Translations under genes and position numbers: made by a program
NCBI GenBank assembly: GCA_025359845.1
Contig: JANYDT010000056.1
Location: 1 to 57,403 of the forward strand
DNA: 57,403 bases
Direction: 5' to 3'
From: Acidimicrobiia bacterium
Lineage (GTDB): Bacteria; Actinomycetota; Acidimicrobiia; Acidimicrobiales; JANYDT01
Notes under the pieces: model-generated
What the model saw: only the letters and a program-made list of their open reading frames with translations
Database searches by the model: none
Told to the model about the DNA's origin: nothing
Shown here: piece after piece, positions 10,501 to 19,338 of the stretch
Numbering within the stretch: the first letter of the stretch is position 1
Layout of the letters: every line of letters starts with the position of its first letter

Positions 10501-12656
10501 GCGACGAGGTTCTTGGCGTAGGGGCAGCCACGGTGGCCATCGGCTTGCGCGTTGAGCGCCTGGATCCGGGCGTCGCCCGCCAAGTTAACTACCGCGCCCT
10601 GAACCTCGGACCTGGCGGCGAATGCCGCAAGCTTCGTCTGCAGGGCGGATATGTCAGTCGGCGAATTGCCGGGCTGGCCCGCGGGCATCCGCGACGAGTC
10701 GAGGAGGATGATCGTCTGGAAACTGCCGGCCGGCGCGCTCGGCGGAGCGCCGATAGGGTTGACGCCAGCGCAGGCGGAATTGTCGTCTCGGGTGACCAAG
10801 AGCGTGAAAGGCGAGGCCGTCGAGAAGGCACCGTTGCGCCCGCTTACCCGGACGTAGAACGATCCCGTGTTGTTCCAGGTATCGGCGACCACAGACTCGT
10901 CGCCGGTGCCTGGCGTGGACGAGGTGGCGATCAGGCTGCGGGTCTGGGCGCTGGCGAACGTCTCGGGGCTGAACAGCAACGGGCTCACGCCCGCCGGGCT
11001 GAACGCGGACGGCGAGAACGATGAAGGGCTAAACGCGGACGGGGAGAACGCTGAAGGGCTGAACGCCGAGGGCGAGAATGCGGACGGCGAGAACGCGGAC
11101 GGGCTGAACGCGGACGGCGAGAACGCTGAAGGGCTGAACACGGACGGACTGAACGCGGACGGCGAGAATGCGGAGGGCGAGAACGCGGACGGGCTGAACG
11201 CTGAAGGGGAGAACGCTGAAGGGCTGAACGCGGACGGCGAGAACGCGGACGGCGAGAACTCGGCGCTGAGTCGCGTCAGGTCGCTCGTAGAGTTCAGGGT
11301 GTTGAACGTCTGGCTGATGTCCTTGAACAGCGCGAGGTCATAGTCGGCTGGAAGGTTCTTCAGGTCGACGTGCACCTTGCTGCCGGGCTGCACGGCGAAC
11401 TTGTACCAACGGGCCCCTCCCGGGGCGTCGACGTAGCCGGTGGCCGAGCCCGTCAGCGGTCCGCCGCCCGCAAGCGGGATCGAAAGCGCTCTGGGCCACA
11501 CATCGTTGTCAGGACCGACGGCGACGCACGGCGATGATGCCGTGAGTTCGCCCGATGCCGACGACAGAGACACGTTTATGAACGCGAGGGCGCCAGGGAG
11601 CGTGCCGGTGACGTAGGCGGCCCCGGTCGCATCGGTGGTCGCGGCCAGGGTGCCGAGGAGGGTAGGGGTGGCGGTCTTGAACCGGCCGCCAATACACGTC
11701 GCCGCCGTCACCACGTTAACCGTGTAGGCGGTGGAGGCCTGGCCGTTGAGCTTGGCCGACACGATGGTGTTCGCGCCGTTGGGGACGGCCTGTACCACGC
11801 CGGCGGACGCGAACGTCAGCACCAGTTTCGGGCGTAACGCCGGGTTGACGGCCTCCTTCGTGTAGTAGCGGGCCCAATAGGCCGTGCTGCCGCCGGCGAA
11901 GTAGTCGGGGTTGTAGAGCTCCAGGGACAGCAGTGCCCCGAGGGTGCTCCGCGCGCCGGAAATGGCCGCGACGAAGTTGGCCTCGGCGTCGTCACGAGAC
12001 ATTGCCTGATCAGTGGCGCCGAATATGCCGTTGGTGGGTAGTGCCTTCGCCTCGTCGCCCGTGAAGTCGCCGCCGCACGTAGCCCGGAACACGGAAGTGC
12101 TCCCGAGGGCGGCCGCCCCGGCCCGGATGTCCTGCCCGCCCGATGCCGGGTCGCCCGGAGTAGGCGCGCCGTCGATGGGCCGGTTGGCCCAGGTGACACC
12201 TCCCTCCGTCCACGAGGTGTCGGCCAGGCGGATGAGGTGATGGTTCTGGTCACCGTCTTGTGCATACCCCGCCCGCGTGGTCATCTTCAGGCTGGCGCCG
12301 GTTACGACCGCGCCAGCCGGGATCGACGACAGGTCGAACTTCAGCAGCCCGTACGCCTGCCCCGTGAAACCTCCGAGGCGGTCAGGTGTCGATGTGCACG
12401 ACGGATTCGTGCCGCCGAAGACGTCGAGGTAGTCCTGCGCGCCGAAGTTGACTGAGGGGGCCTGAGCGGAGACGAACGCATCGGCGACCGGCGTGAGCGA
12501 GATCGGGGCCGTCGCCGGGGCGGCGACCGCCGACGGTACGCCCACCGTGACCACCAAAGGGAGCGCCGCCATCAGCGCGGCCACGAGTGCGAGGCAGCGG
12601 GCCCGCCGCTGCGGGCGAGCGGGCCCCGTTCGCTTTGCGGGTTGGCGAACCATCAT
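7581..12656 (-). CDS. Large secreted protein: signal peptide, DNRLRE/CBM96-like domain, PPC-like domain with FSPSA repeat insertion, peptidase C25/caspase-fold domain, Ig-like domains, C-terminal PxKF domain
   Basis: GGAGG before ATG 12656; signal peptide ..LPLVVTVGVPSAVAA; LTPVADAFV..LLKFDLSSIPAGAVVTGASL; YVVLIG, PDLAVGRL, LAGHFS, FSAGCHSG; GFFQPVDNPPTLNSAKGGSALPAKFSL. Confidence 0.8.
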   Translation of the reverse strand: MMVRQPAKRTGPARPQRRARCLALVAALMAALPLVVTVGVPSAVAAPATAPISLTPVADAFVSAQAPSVNFGAQDYLDVFGGTNPSCTSTPDRLGGFTGQAYGLLKFDLSSIPAGAVVTGASLKMTTRAGYAQDGDQNHHLIRLADTSWTEGGVTWANRPIDGAPTPGDPASGGQDIRAGAAALGSTSVFRATCGGDFTGDEAKALPTNGIFGATDQAMSRDDAEANFVAAISGARSTLGALLSLELYNPDYFAGGSTAYWARYYTKEAVNPALRPKLVLTFASAGVVQAVPNGANTIVSAKLNGQASTAYTVNVVTAATCIGGRFKTATPTLLGTLAATTDATGAAYVTGTLPGALAFINVSLSSASGELTASSPCVAVGPDNDVWPRALSIPLAGGGPLTGSATGYVDAPGGARWYKFAVQPGSKVHVDLKNLPADYDLALFKDISQTFNTLNSTSDLTRLSAEFSPSAFSPSAFSPSAFSPSAFSPSAFSPSAFSPSAFSPSVFSPSAFSPSAFSPSAFSPSAFSPSAFSPSAFSPSAFSPSSFSPSAFSPAGVSPLLFSPETFASAQTRSLIATSSTPGTGDESVVADTWNNTGSFYVRVSGRNGAFSTASPFTLLVTRDDNSACAGVNPIGAPPSAPAGSFQTIILLDSSRMPAGQPGNSPTDISALQTKLAAFAARSEVQGAVVNLAGDARIQALNAQADGHRGCPYAKNLVAAATKDIVTAYRTANPALKYVVLIGPDGAVPFFRYPDEGLLGPESDYTPPVGTDTSSEASLRLNYVLGQDEYGSSTTLALGGATLPAPDLAVGRLVETASEASGMLDAYTALPGGVVAQPTRALVTGYDFLADDANAVAGDLARGIGGANPVDSLIAPNNISPQDPQAWTATQLRDKLFGSRHDLVFLAGHFSANSALAADFATSVLSTELAGSATDFTNTVIFSAGCHSGYNIVDADAIPGVTAPLDWAQAAARKKATLIAGTGYQYGDTDFVEYSERIYSGLALQLRYGTGPVSFGQALMRSKQAYLKSTPDARGLHRKALIEAALFGLPMLSVNLPGRLPTPTDPSIIGATTPFTVNPGSTLGLSSADMSMTAALTPHTVALTGIDTPSVTATYYSGPDGVATNPAEPAVPLVSKNVTVTGKVLRGVGFRGGTYTDSTVTPLTGAATTELRGVHTPFSSPVFFPMRLATVNYFDALSNPGGDTRLLVTPAQHHAIAGSTQSTLRLFSNVDMRLYYSANISAPALSAAPSISGASAVVEGGDIVFRASVTGNPAAGIQQVWVTYTGDGPARWAPLDLAQCVITAPQTAPPSGCGPEDSTRWVGRLVGGAGLAPALRFMVQAANGVGLVTMDDALGAYYGVSQPAATAPVPVATALVLQSPPASAVYGSTITASAVLTSAGTPVANKLVTFAVGSSSGSATTSPSGVATALLPLNVVPGPLNVQAFFAGDPGLLPSSASSPLSVQKSPTALSLELTPPPGTSGPLGVRATLTAANGGPIPQRTIYLVIAGAEPTWVVPLTTDYLGRAVVSQLLIGAGPHTLTAMFLGTVPFPPPAAPAFLTDPTYLPSSSVLSAAPTVIWSGFFQPVDNPPTLNSAKGGSALPAKFSLHGNYGSSIFAAGYPQSIQISCDSGVPESEIDQMSTAGASVLSYDAASDQYSYVWKTDKAWAGTCRQLLVVLIDRTSHVANFKFK
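11004..11258 (-). repeat. 17 tandem 15-bp units encoding FSPS(A/V/S), followed by 3 degenerate units down to about 10959
   Basis: Read directly from the translation. Units differ at synonymous positions (TTC TCG CCG TCC GCG, TTC AGC CCT TCA GCG, TTC TCC CCT TCA GCG). Confidence 0.95.
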
Positions 12657-12763
12657 GAACGACCTCCGTCTACGGCCGACAGGTGCCGACATTGCATTAT
12701 TGCTACTGGCATGACCGCAGTCAGAGCGCTGAGGAACGGTCCAGATGATACGCGAACGACGCG

Positions 12764-15700
12764 CTAGCGCGCCAGTGCCGGGCCACAGAAACGCAAAACC
12801 GCGGCAACCCCATCCCCGTGTTCCCAGTCGCGCCCTCGGGCTTGGGCTTCCGCCTGCGACGTCACGTCGATTGAGGCCGTAGCTCGGGTCAAAACCGCCG
12901 CGATCTCGGCGTCGAGCGCCGCCGCCCTGGGCGAACCCACCTCCAAGCGACAGCGGTCGGCGACCCCCATCAGCTCCAATGCCATCTCGCCCATGTTGAG
13001 CGTGGCAGCCAGCACGGCGACGTCCTCGAAGAGAAACGCCAACGCCCATTTGTCGCCGTACTGCTGGAACGCGGTCGCGGCGGCGGCGTAGTGGCGTCGT
13101 GCCGCGTCGTGGTCGCCGAGTCCGCGCTGCGCATTGCCGAGGTTGTGGTGGCTGAGGGCGACCATCCAGCTGTCACCAACTTCGAGGTTCAGGCGCATGG
13201 CTTCTTCGAAGGCGTCGCGCGCCTCTGCTGGCCTTCCCTGGAGGACCGCAATCATGCCGAGACCGGTATGCGACACCGCGATCGCCCATTGGTCTCCTGT
13301 TTCGGATCGCAGGGCGAGGGCTCGCTCGTGGAAGTCGCGGGCGGCCTCGAGGTCGCCCTCGTACTCTGAGACCACGCCGAGGTTCGACAGCATCGCGCCC
13401 ATCCCGGCCCTGTCACCCAGCCGTTGTCGCACCTCGAGGCTGGCGAGGTACTTCGCCCGGGCGCCGTCGTTGTCGCCGCGCTGCGCGGCCACGGTTCCGG
13501 CCAGGTGCAGGACCTGGCCGTTTCCGGCGTCGTCGTGCAATTCGCCGAAGAGTTCGGCAGCACGATCGAGCCGTTCCTCCGCTTCGCCGAATTGGCCCTG
13601 TTTCCGGGCGACCTCGGCCAGCGCGGCCTCGCACCACGCCTCCGCGTGCCGATCGCCCGCGCTGCAGGCCAACGTCAGCGCCTCGGCTTCGACCTCGCGC
13701 GCCCGAGCCCACGATCCGACCAGCTCAAGAACCTTCCCGAGCTTCAGCAGTATGTCGGAGCGCCGGGCCGGCTCGACGATCCCGGCGAGTCGCTCGAAAT
13801 AGTCGATGGCGGCATCGTTCGCGTAGCGGGCCTGGGCCGCGACGCCCGCCCGTTCGAGGTACGTGATCTTCTTCTCGCGGTCACCGCTGTTCCACCAGTG
13901 ATGGGCCACAAGGTCAAGCGAAGCCGCCACGGTCTCGGGCCCGTGGCGCTCCAATTCAGCGGCGGCCCGCCCGTGCAGGAGTTCGCGCAACGCAAACGGA
14001 AGGCTCTCATACGCCACCTCCCGGGTGACAACGTGACGAAAGAGCCACGATGAGTCGGCTTCCTGATCGATAGCCACGAGATCGGCGGCGCGACCGGCGG
14101 CGAGGTGGCGTTCGACATCGTCGTTCGAACCGAGGTCGGGGTACACCCGCTGGACCATCGACGAAACGAACGTTCGGCCGAGCACGCTCGCCACCTTGAG
14201 GGTGCGCCGAGGGTCCTCGACCAGGGTGTCGATGCGGCTCAGCACCAGGCTGTGGAGGCTGCCGGGCAGGTCGAGGTCTCGAAGCTGCCTCGGATCGGCC
14301 GGCTCGATGCTACGGCCGTGGATGTAGTTGAGGAGCTCCTCCAGGTAGAACGGGTTGCCTTCGGATCGCTCCACGACCAGAGTGAGCAACTCCGGCGCGG
14401 CGACAACATCGTCACCGAAAAGTTGCCGCAACTTTGTCATGGCCACGGCTTTGGCCGCCCCCGGTCCGAGTTCATCGAGGACGAACTCGGCGAACTGGGG
14501 CAGGCCCTCGAGTCCGAGGCCGCCCCCGGGCTGATCGCCCGGACGGTAGGCCAAGACGAACAGCACGGGAAACGACGATGTCGCCCGCACGAGGACCTCG
14601 AGGAGGTCGCGCGACAGCGGGTCGATCCAATGGCAGTCCTCCAGCACGATCGCCAGCGGCTCCTGGCTCGCGGCCGCCTGTAACGCGTCGACCAGGAGCG
14701 CCTCGAGAGACGTCTTGCGCAGCTTCGCATCGAACTGACGCGTCACATCGCTATCGGGCAGGTCGAGGCCGAGCACGGGGCCGAGGAGCGCCGCGCGCCG
14801 CACCTGGCCCCGTCCGACGGCGGCCAGCGAGCGCCGCACGGCTCGACGTTGATTCGCCTCCGTCGCGTCGTCGTCGACCCCGAGCAGCGTGCGCCACACT
14901 TCGCGCCAGATCGCATAGCTGATACTTCTTCCGATCGTCGGGGCCTCGCCGAAGGCGACAATTATCCCATCAGACCGAAGTGACCGGACGACCTCGGCCA
15001 CGAGGCGCGACTTCCCCCGGCCCGCTTCCGCAGCGATGGCCACGACGCGTCCTTCGCCGCCGCGTACCTCGACCCCGGCTTGCCCGATCGCCTCCATCTC
15101 GGCGTCGCGTCCCACCATTGGCAGCGGATAGCGGATCTCGCGCTCCCGCGACTGGACAGCGACGCCATCGAGCCCCCACACGTCCGCCGGCTCGACCTTA
15201 CCCTTCACCTCGAGCGGGCCGACGTGGTTCCACCGGTAACGATCGCCGGCGGCCCTGCGCATTTCGTTGCTTACGAAGATGGCGCCGAATGGCGCTTTCG
15301 ACATCAGGCGCGCCGAAAGGTTCACCGCGTCGCCGAGACAGGTGAACGTGCGCCGCCGGCTGTGGCCGTACGTCCCGCTCAGCAATCGTCCGCTGGTAAT
15401 TCCGATCTGGAGATCACGGGCGGCCGTGTCGGCCGCCGCGGCCCGCAGTTCCAGCGCCGCGCCGGCCGCCCGTGCGGCGTCGTCGCCGTGTGCGTTCGGC
15501 GAACCGAAGACGGCATAGAGATAGGCGCCCTTGTCGCCAAGCGTGAGTTGGAGCAGGTTGCCGCCGTAGCGCGAGAACACCTCTTGGGCTCGGCGCACGA
15601 ACGTGTCGAGCTTGGCCGGCGCCTCTGGATCATCGTCGTAGTCGATGCCTCCGAAGCGCACGAACATTGGGTACGCGAAGCGGAGCTCCGCGAGAAATTC

Positions 15701-16474
15701 ACCACGGCCGGTCTGCAGGCGCTCGTAGACGGCGGGAAGCACCCACGGACGCACGAGTTCCTCTGCGAGAAGCGGGTCGGGCCGCGTCGGGGTCTCGGCC
15801 ACTTCGACGAGAATGGCGTCCATCACCCCGACGAACGAGCCGTTCGCGATGTCCGAACCGTCGACCGCCTCTCCGCTCGGTAATCGGCGAAGCTCGGCCA
15901 AATGCACGCGTCCTTCCGTGGCCTTGACGGCCGACGCGGTGAGGATGACCTCCCCTTTCTGGGCCATCTGTTCCGCCTCCGCCAGCGCGTCGACGATGCC
16001 GCCGGCGAGCACGTCGATCAGCTGGATGTCTGGGTCGCCCACGACGAAACGACGGGCCGGTCCCACGGCGATCGCCACTTTGATCGCAAGAATTATCTCG
16101 CGGCCCGCGGGTGTCACCACCCGGCCGGCCGATGCCATCGTGTGCTGGATGGCGAGCCCCGCGGCGGCCGCCCGTGTGCCATCGTCGCCTTCGAGCCAGC
16201 ACGTGATCGCGTCGCCGCTGAAGTAGAGGACGTGTCCGCCGTAACGATCCAAGTCGGAGATGACCGCCTGGAAGAGGCGGTTCAAGTTGGCCGTGAGTTC
16301 CTCCGCGCCGCGCTGCGGTCCGAGCTCGCGGGCGAGCGTCTCCGTCAGCGGGGTAAAGCCGGAGATGTCGGCGAAGAGGCCCGCACCCTGGACGCGGTCG
16401 GCCAACACCGATCCCGTGGCGAGCGCCCACCGGCGATCCGCCGGTAGGAACGCGAGGGGACTCTCAGCGACCAT
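12764..16474 (-). CDS. STAND-class adenylate/guanylate cyclase: two class III cyclase domains + AAA ATPase + TPR repeats
   Basis: LFADISGFT..FSGDA; GDKG..FG.P..IGITSG..LGDAVNLSARLM; Walker A AEAGRGKSRL; Walker B LEDCHWID; SEGNPFYLEE; TPR-like NLG/LG repeats. Start taken at MVAESP; the upstream ORF extension is antisense to the esterase. Confidence 0.9.
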   Translation of the reverse strand: MVAESPLAFLPADRRWALATGSVLADRVQGAGLFADISGFTPLTETLARELGPQRGAEELTANLNRLFQAVISDLDRYGGHVLYFSGDAITCWLEGDDGTRAAAAGLAIQHTMASAGRVVTPAGREIILAIKVAIAVGPARRFVVGDPDIQLIDVLAGGIVDALAEAEQMAQKGEVILTASAVKATEGRVHLAELRRLPSGEAVDGSDIANGSFVGVMDAILVEVAETPTRPDPLLAEELVRPWVLPAVYERLQTGRGEFLAELRFAYPMFVRFGGIDYDDDPEAPAKLDTFVRRAQEVFSRYGGNLLQLTLGDKGAYLYAVFGSPNAHGDDAARAAGAALELRAAAADTAARDLQIGITSGRLLSGTYGHSRRRTFTCLGDAVNLSARLMSKAPFGAIFVSNEMRRAAGDRYRWNHVGPLEVKGKVEPADVWGLDGVAVQSREREIRYPLPMVGRDAEMEAIGQAGVEVRGGEGRVVAIAAEAGRGKSRLVAEVVRSLRSDGIIVAFGEAPTIGRSISYAIWREVWRTLLGVDDDATEANQRRAVRRSLAAVGRGQVRRAALLGPVLGLDLPDSDVTRQFDAKLRKTSLEALLVDALQAAASQEPLAIVLEDCHWIDPLSRDLLEVLVRATSSFPVLFVLAYRPGDQPGGGLGLEGLPQFAEFVLDELGPGAAKAVAMTKLRQLFGDDVVAAPELLTLVVERSEGNPFYLEELLNYIHGRSIEPADPRQLRDLDLPGSLHSLVLSRIDTLVEDPRRTLKVASVLGRTFVSSMVQRVYPDLGSNDDVERHLAAGRAADLVAIDQEADSSWLFRHVVTREVAYESLPFALRELLHGRAAAELERHGPETVAASLDLVAHHWWNSGDREKKITYLERAGVAAQARYANDAAIDYFERLAGIVEPARRSDILLKLGKVLELVGSWARAREVEAEALTLACSAGDRHAEAWCEAALAEVARKQGQFGEAEERLDRAAELFGELHDDAGNGQVLHLAGTVAAQRGDNDGARAKYLASLEVRQRLGDRAGMGAMLSNLGVVSEYEGDLEAARDFHERALALRSETGDQWAIAVSHTGLGMIAVLQGRPAEARDAFEEAMRLNLEVGDSWMVALSHHNLGNAQRGLGDHDAARRHYAAAATAFQQYGDKWALAFLFEDVAVLAATLNMGEMALELMGVADRCRLEVGSPRAAALDAEIAAVLTRATASIDVTSQAEAQARGRDWEHGDGVAAVLRFCGPALAR

Positions 16475-16651
16475 CGCCGCGCCGGTACCGAATGTGACCT
16501 TATCGTCGATTGCGCCCTCCTTCTCGTAGGCGTCCCACGGTACCAACGCCACGGCCGCTCTCCTTTCGTGGAGCCGACTTGGGACGTCGACGGGTTGAAC
16601 TTTGGCCCGTGGGAACGCTAGACAAGTGCGTTCACTTCTGGAGGTTTGTGT

Positions 16652-17614
16652 ATGGCAGTTGATTTCGCAACGAAGGCAGTCCTTGATCAAATGGTTAGCG
16701 CCGGGGGCAAGGCGCTCCACGAGAGCACGCCCGAAGAAGCTCGGGCCCTCGGCAAGGCGTTCGCGGCGATGGCCGGTCCTGCCCCAACAATGGCTCGAGC
16801 CGAAGACCACGAGGTCGCCGTCGCCGGTGGCGTGGTACCCGTACGCGTCCTCGTCCCCCTCCAGGGTGCCCGGGGTGTCATCGTCTATCTTCACGGCGGA
16901 GGCTGGGTCATCGGCGCCATCGACGAATTCGACACGATGGCCCGCAAGCTCGCCGAGCGCACCTCCTGCGCGGTTGTCGTCGTCGGCTACCGACTCGCAC
17001 CCGAGCACCGCTACCCAGTAGCCGTCGACGACAGCTACGCCGCCCTCGAGTGGACCGCGGCCCACCTCAAAGAAATTACCGGCCGCGACGATGTCGCGCT
17101 GATCGTGGCCGGTGACAGCGCCGGCGGCAATCTGGCGGCGATCATGGCCCTGCGGGCCCGAGACCGCAACGGTCCCAAGATCGCCCTCCAAGTGCTCATC
17201 TACCCGGTCACCGACGCCAACCTTGATAGGCCGTCGTGCACCGACCCCGAGAACCAGCTCATCCTCACCCGCGACGCCATGGTTTGGTTCTGGGACCACT
17301 ACGCCCCGGACGCTTCCCGGCGCGCGGAGCCCGATGCGTCGCCGCTGCGCGCCGCCAGCCTCGCCGGGCTCCCCCCGGCGGTGGTCCTCACGGCCGAATA
17401 CGACGTCCTTCGCGATGAAGGCGAGGCCTATGCGGAACGCCTCAAGGAGGCGGGCGTGCCCGTCGACTTCAAGCGCCACGCAGGACAGATGCACGGCTTC
17501 TTCACGTTCCTCCTCCTGCCCGGCAGCGAACGCGGCTTTCAACACGTCGTCAAGGCGGTGCGGGCCTGCACGATCCGCCATTCGCAGAGCCAGCCAGCGC
17601 AACGCGCCAACTGA
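16652..17614 (+). CDS. Alpha/beta hydrolase (HSL-family esterase)
   Basis: HGGGW, YRLAPEH.YP, GDSAGG, EYDVLRDEG, HGF motifs; GGAGG upstream. Confidence 0.93.
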   Translation: MAVDFATKAVLDQMVSAGGKALHESTPEEARALGKAFAAMAGPAPTMARAEDHEVAVAGGVVPVRVLVPLQGARGVIVYLHGGGWVIGAIDEFDTMARKLAERTSCAVVVVGYRLAPEHRYPVAVDDSYAALEWTAAHLKEITGRDDVALIVAGDSAGGNLAAIMALRARDRNGPKIALQVLIYPVTDANLDRPSCTDPENQLILTRDAMVWFWDHYAPDASRRAEPDASPLRAASLAGLPPAVVLTAEYDVLRDEGEAYAERLKEAGVPVDFKRHAGQMHGFFTFLLLPGSERGFQHVVKAVRACTIRHSQSQPAQRAN

Positions 17615-17675
17615 TCGTATGTATCAACTCTAAGCTCGACCAAAGAAAAGTTCGTCCAACGAAAAGGACCCGGAT

Positions 17676-19313
17676 ATGGAATCATTCACCGCGACACAGG
17701 ATCTCGACGCCGTCGTAATTGGCTCCGGGTTCGCCGGCCTGTACATGAATTACCGGCTGCGTGAGCAGCTCGGCATGGACACGCAAGTCTACGAAGCAGG
17801 CGATAACGTCGGTGGCACCTGGTACTGGAACCGCTACCCCGGGGCCCGTTGCGACTCCGAGTCCTACATGTACTGCTTTTCGTTCGACAAGCAACTCATG
17901 CAGGATTGGGAGTGGAGCGGCAAATATCCCGAGCAGCCAGAGATTCTCCGCTACCTCAATCATGTGGCCGATCGCTTCGACCTGCGCCGCAACACCCAGT
18001 TCAACACCAGGGTGATCGCAGCGCACTTCAACGAGGCCACTCACCGCTGGGAGATCGAGACCGACAAGGGCGACAAAGTCACGGCGAAGTTCCTGATCAC
18101 CGGCATCGGCTGCCTCTCCTCCGGGCAGATCCCAAACATCGCCGGTCGCGATACCTTCCAGGGCGAGTCGTATCACACTGGCGCCTGGCCTCACGGCGGC
18201 GTGAACTTCGCCGGCAAGCGCGTGGGAGTCATCGGTACCGGGTCGAGCGGTGTGCAGTCGATTCCCGTGATCGCAAAGCAGGCCGACCATCTTTATGTCT
18301 TCCAGCGCACGCCTCAGTTCACCATTCCGGCCCGCCATCACACTGTCGACAAGGCGTTCCTCGACGGGGTCAAGAAGGACTACGACGCAATCTATGAAAA
18401 GGCCCGCTGGTCGAACGGCGGCTTGCCGATCGATCCCATCGAGCGATCCGCCCTCGCCGTCAGTGACGAGGAGCGCCTCGCGGTTTATGAGGCGGCATGG
18501 AAAGAGGGCGGCTTCAAGTTCTTGTTCGGTTCCTTCTTCGATATTGGCCTTGATCGTCGCGCCAACGACACCGCCTCCGAATTCATTCGGTCGAAGATTC
18601 GCGAGATCGTGAAGGACCCCGACGTAGCCGAGAAGCTTGTACCCGTCGACCATCCCTTTACCTCGAAGCGCGCCCTAATCGATACGGACTACTTCGATAC
18701 CTACAACCGCGACAACGTCACGCTCGTCGACATTCGCCATGCACCCATACAGGAGATCACGCCGAAGGGCATCCGCACCGAGGACGGCGAGTACGAACTC
18801 GACATCATCGTCTTTGCCACGGGGTTCGACGCAATGACAGGCACCTTCAACCGGATCGACATCCAGGGGCGCGACGGTGAGAAGTTGAAGGACAAATGGG
18901 CGGCCGGCCCGCTTACTTATCTTGGGGTGACCACCGCCGGTTTCCCAAACTTTTTCATGATCACCGGTCCGGGCTCACCCTCGGTTCTCAGCAATATGCC
19001 GGTCTCGATCGAACAGCACGTCGAGTGGATCTCCGGTGCGATTGCGCATATGAATGAGCAAGGGCTTGTAGTTATAGAGGCCGATGAGAGCGCCGAGAAG
19101 GAGTGGGTGGCTCATGTCAACGAGGTGGCCGAACAAACGATGTTCATGCTCGCCGATTCCTGGTATCTGGGGGCCAATATCCCCAACAAGCCGCGCGTCT
19201 TCATGCCCTACCCTGGCGGTGTCGGTGCCTACCGCCAGAAGTGCAACGAAGTAACCGAAGCGGGCTATACCGGCTTCACCATCAGCAAGGGTGAGCCCGC
19301 CGTCGCCCAGTAA
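17676..19313 (+). CDS. Type I Baeyer-Villiger monooxygenase
   Basis: GSGFAG, GGTWYWNRYPGARCD, fingerprint FQGESYHTGAWP, GTGSSG, ATGFDA. Confidence 0.95.
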   Translation: MESFTATQDLDAVVIGSGFAGLYMNYRLREQLGMDTQVYEAGDNVGGTWYWNRYPGARCDSESYMYCFSFDKQLMQDWEWSGKYPEQPEILRYLNHVADRFDLRRNTQFNTRVIAAHFNEATHRWEIETDKGDKVTAKFLITGIGCLSSGQIPNIAGRDTFQGESYHTGAWPHGGVNFAGKRVGVIGTGSSGVQSIPVIAKQADHLYVFQRTPQFTIPARHHTVDKAFLDGVKKDYDAIYEKARWSNGGLPIDPIERSALAVSDEERLAVYEAAWKEGGFKFLFGSFFDIGLDRRANDTASEFIRSKIREIVKDPDVAEKLVPVDHPFTSKRALIDTDYFDTYNRDNVTLVDIRHAPIQEITPKGIRTEDGEYELDIIVFATGFDAMTGTFNRIDIQGRDGEKLKDKWAAGPLTYLGVTTAGFPNFFMITGPGSPSVLSNMPVSIEQHVEWISGAIAHMNEQGLVVIEADESAEKEWVAHVNEVAEQTMFMLADSWYLGANIPNKPRVFMPYPGGVGAYRQKCNEVTEAGYTGFTISKGEPAVAQ

Positions 19314-19338
19314 GAGCCATGGTCAGCCCGCCGCGCCT

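Noticed and set aside
10959-11258. 15-bp periodic DNA repeat as a CRISPR array, or the + strand ORF 10867-11343 (NADGE/NAEGL repeats) as a gene
   Set aside because: No spacers and no cas genes. Variation is synonymous only in the minus-strand FSPSA frame, so the + strand ORF is its antisense shadow.
12657-13049. N-terminal extension of the 1822-aa ORF
   Set aside because: It overlaps the cyclase 3' end in another frame; the RBS and signal peptide point to ATG 12656.
16475-17602. N-terminal 376 aa of the 1612-aa cyclase ORF
   Set aside because: Most of it is the antisense of the esterase gene; cyclase-like sequence begins at MVAESP (16474).
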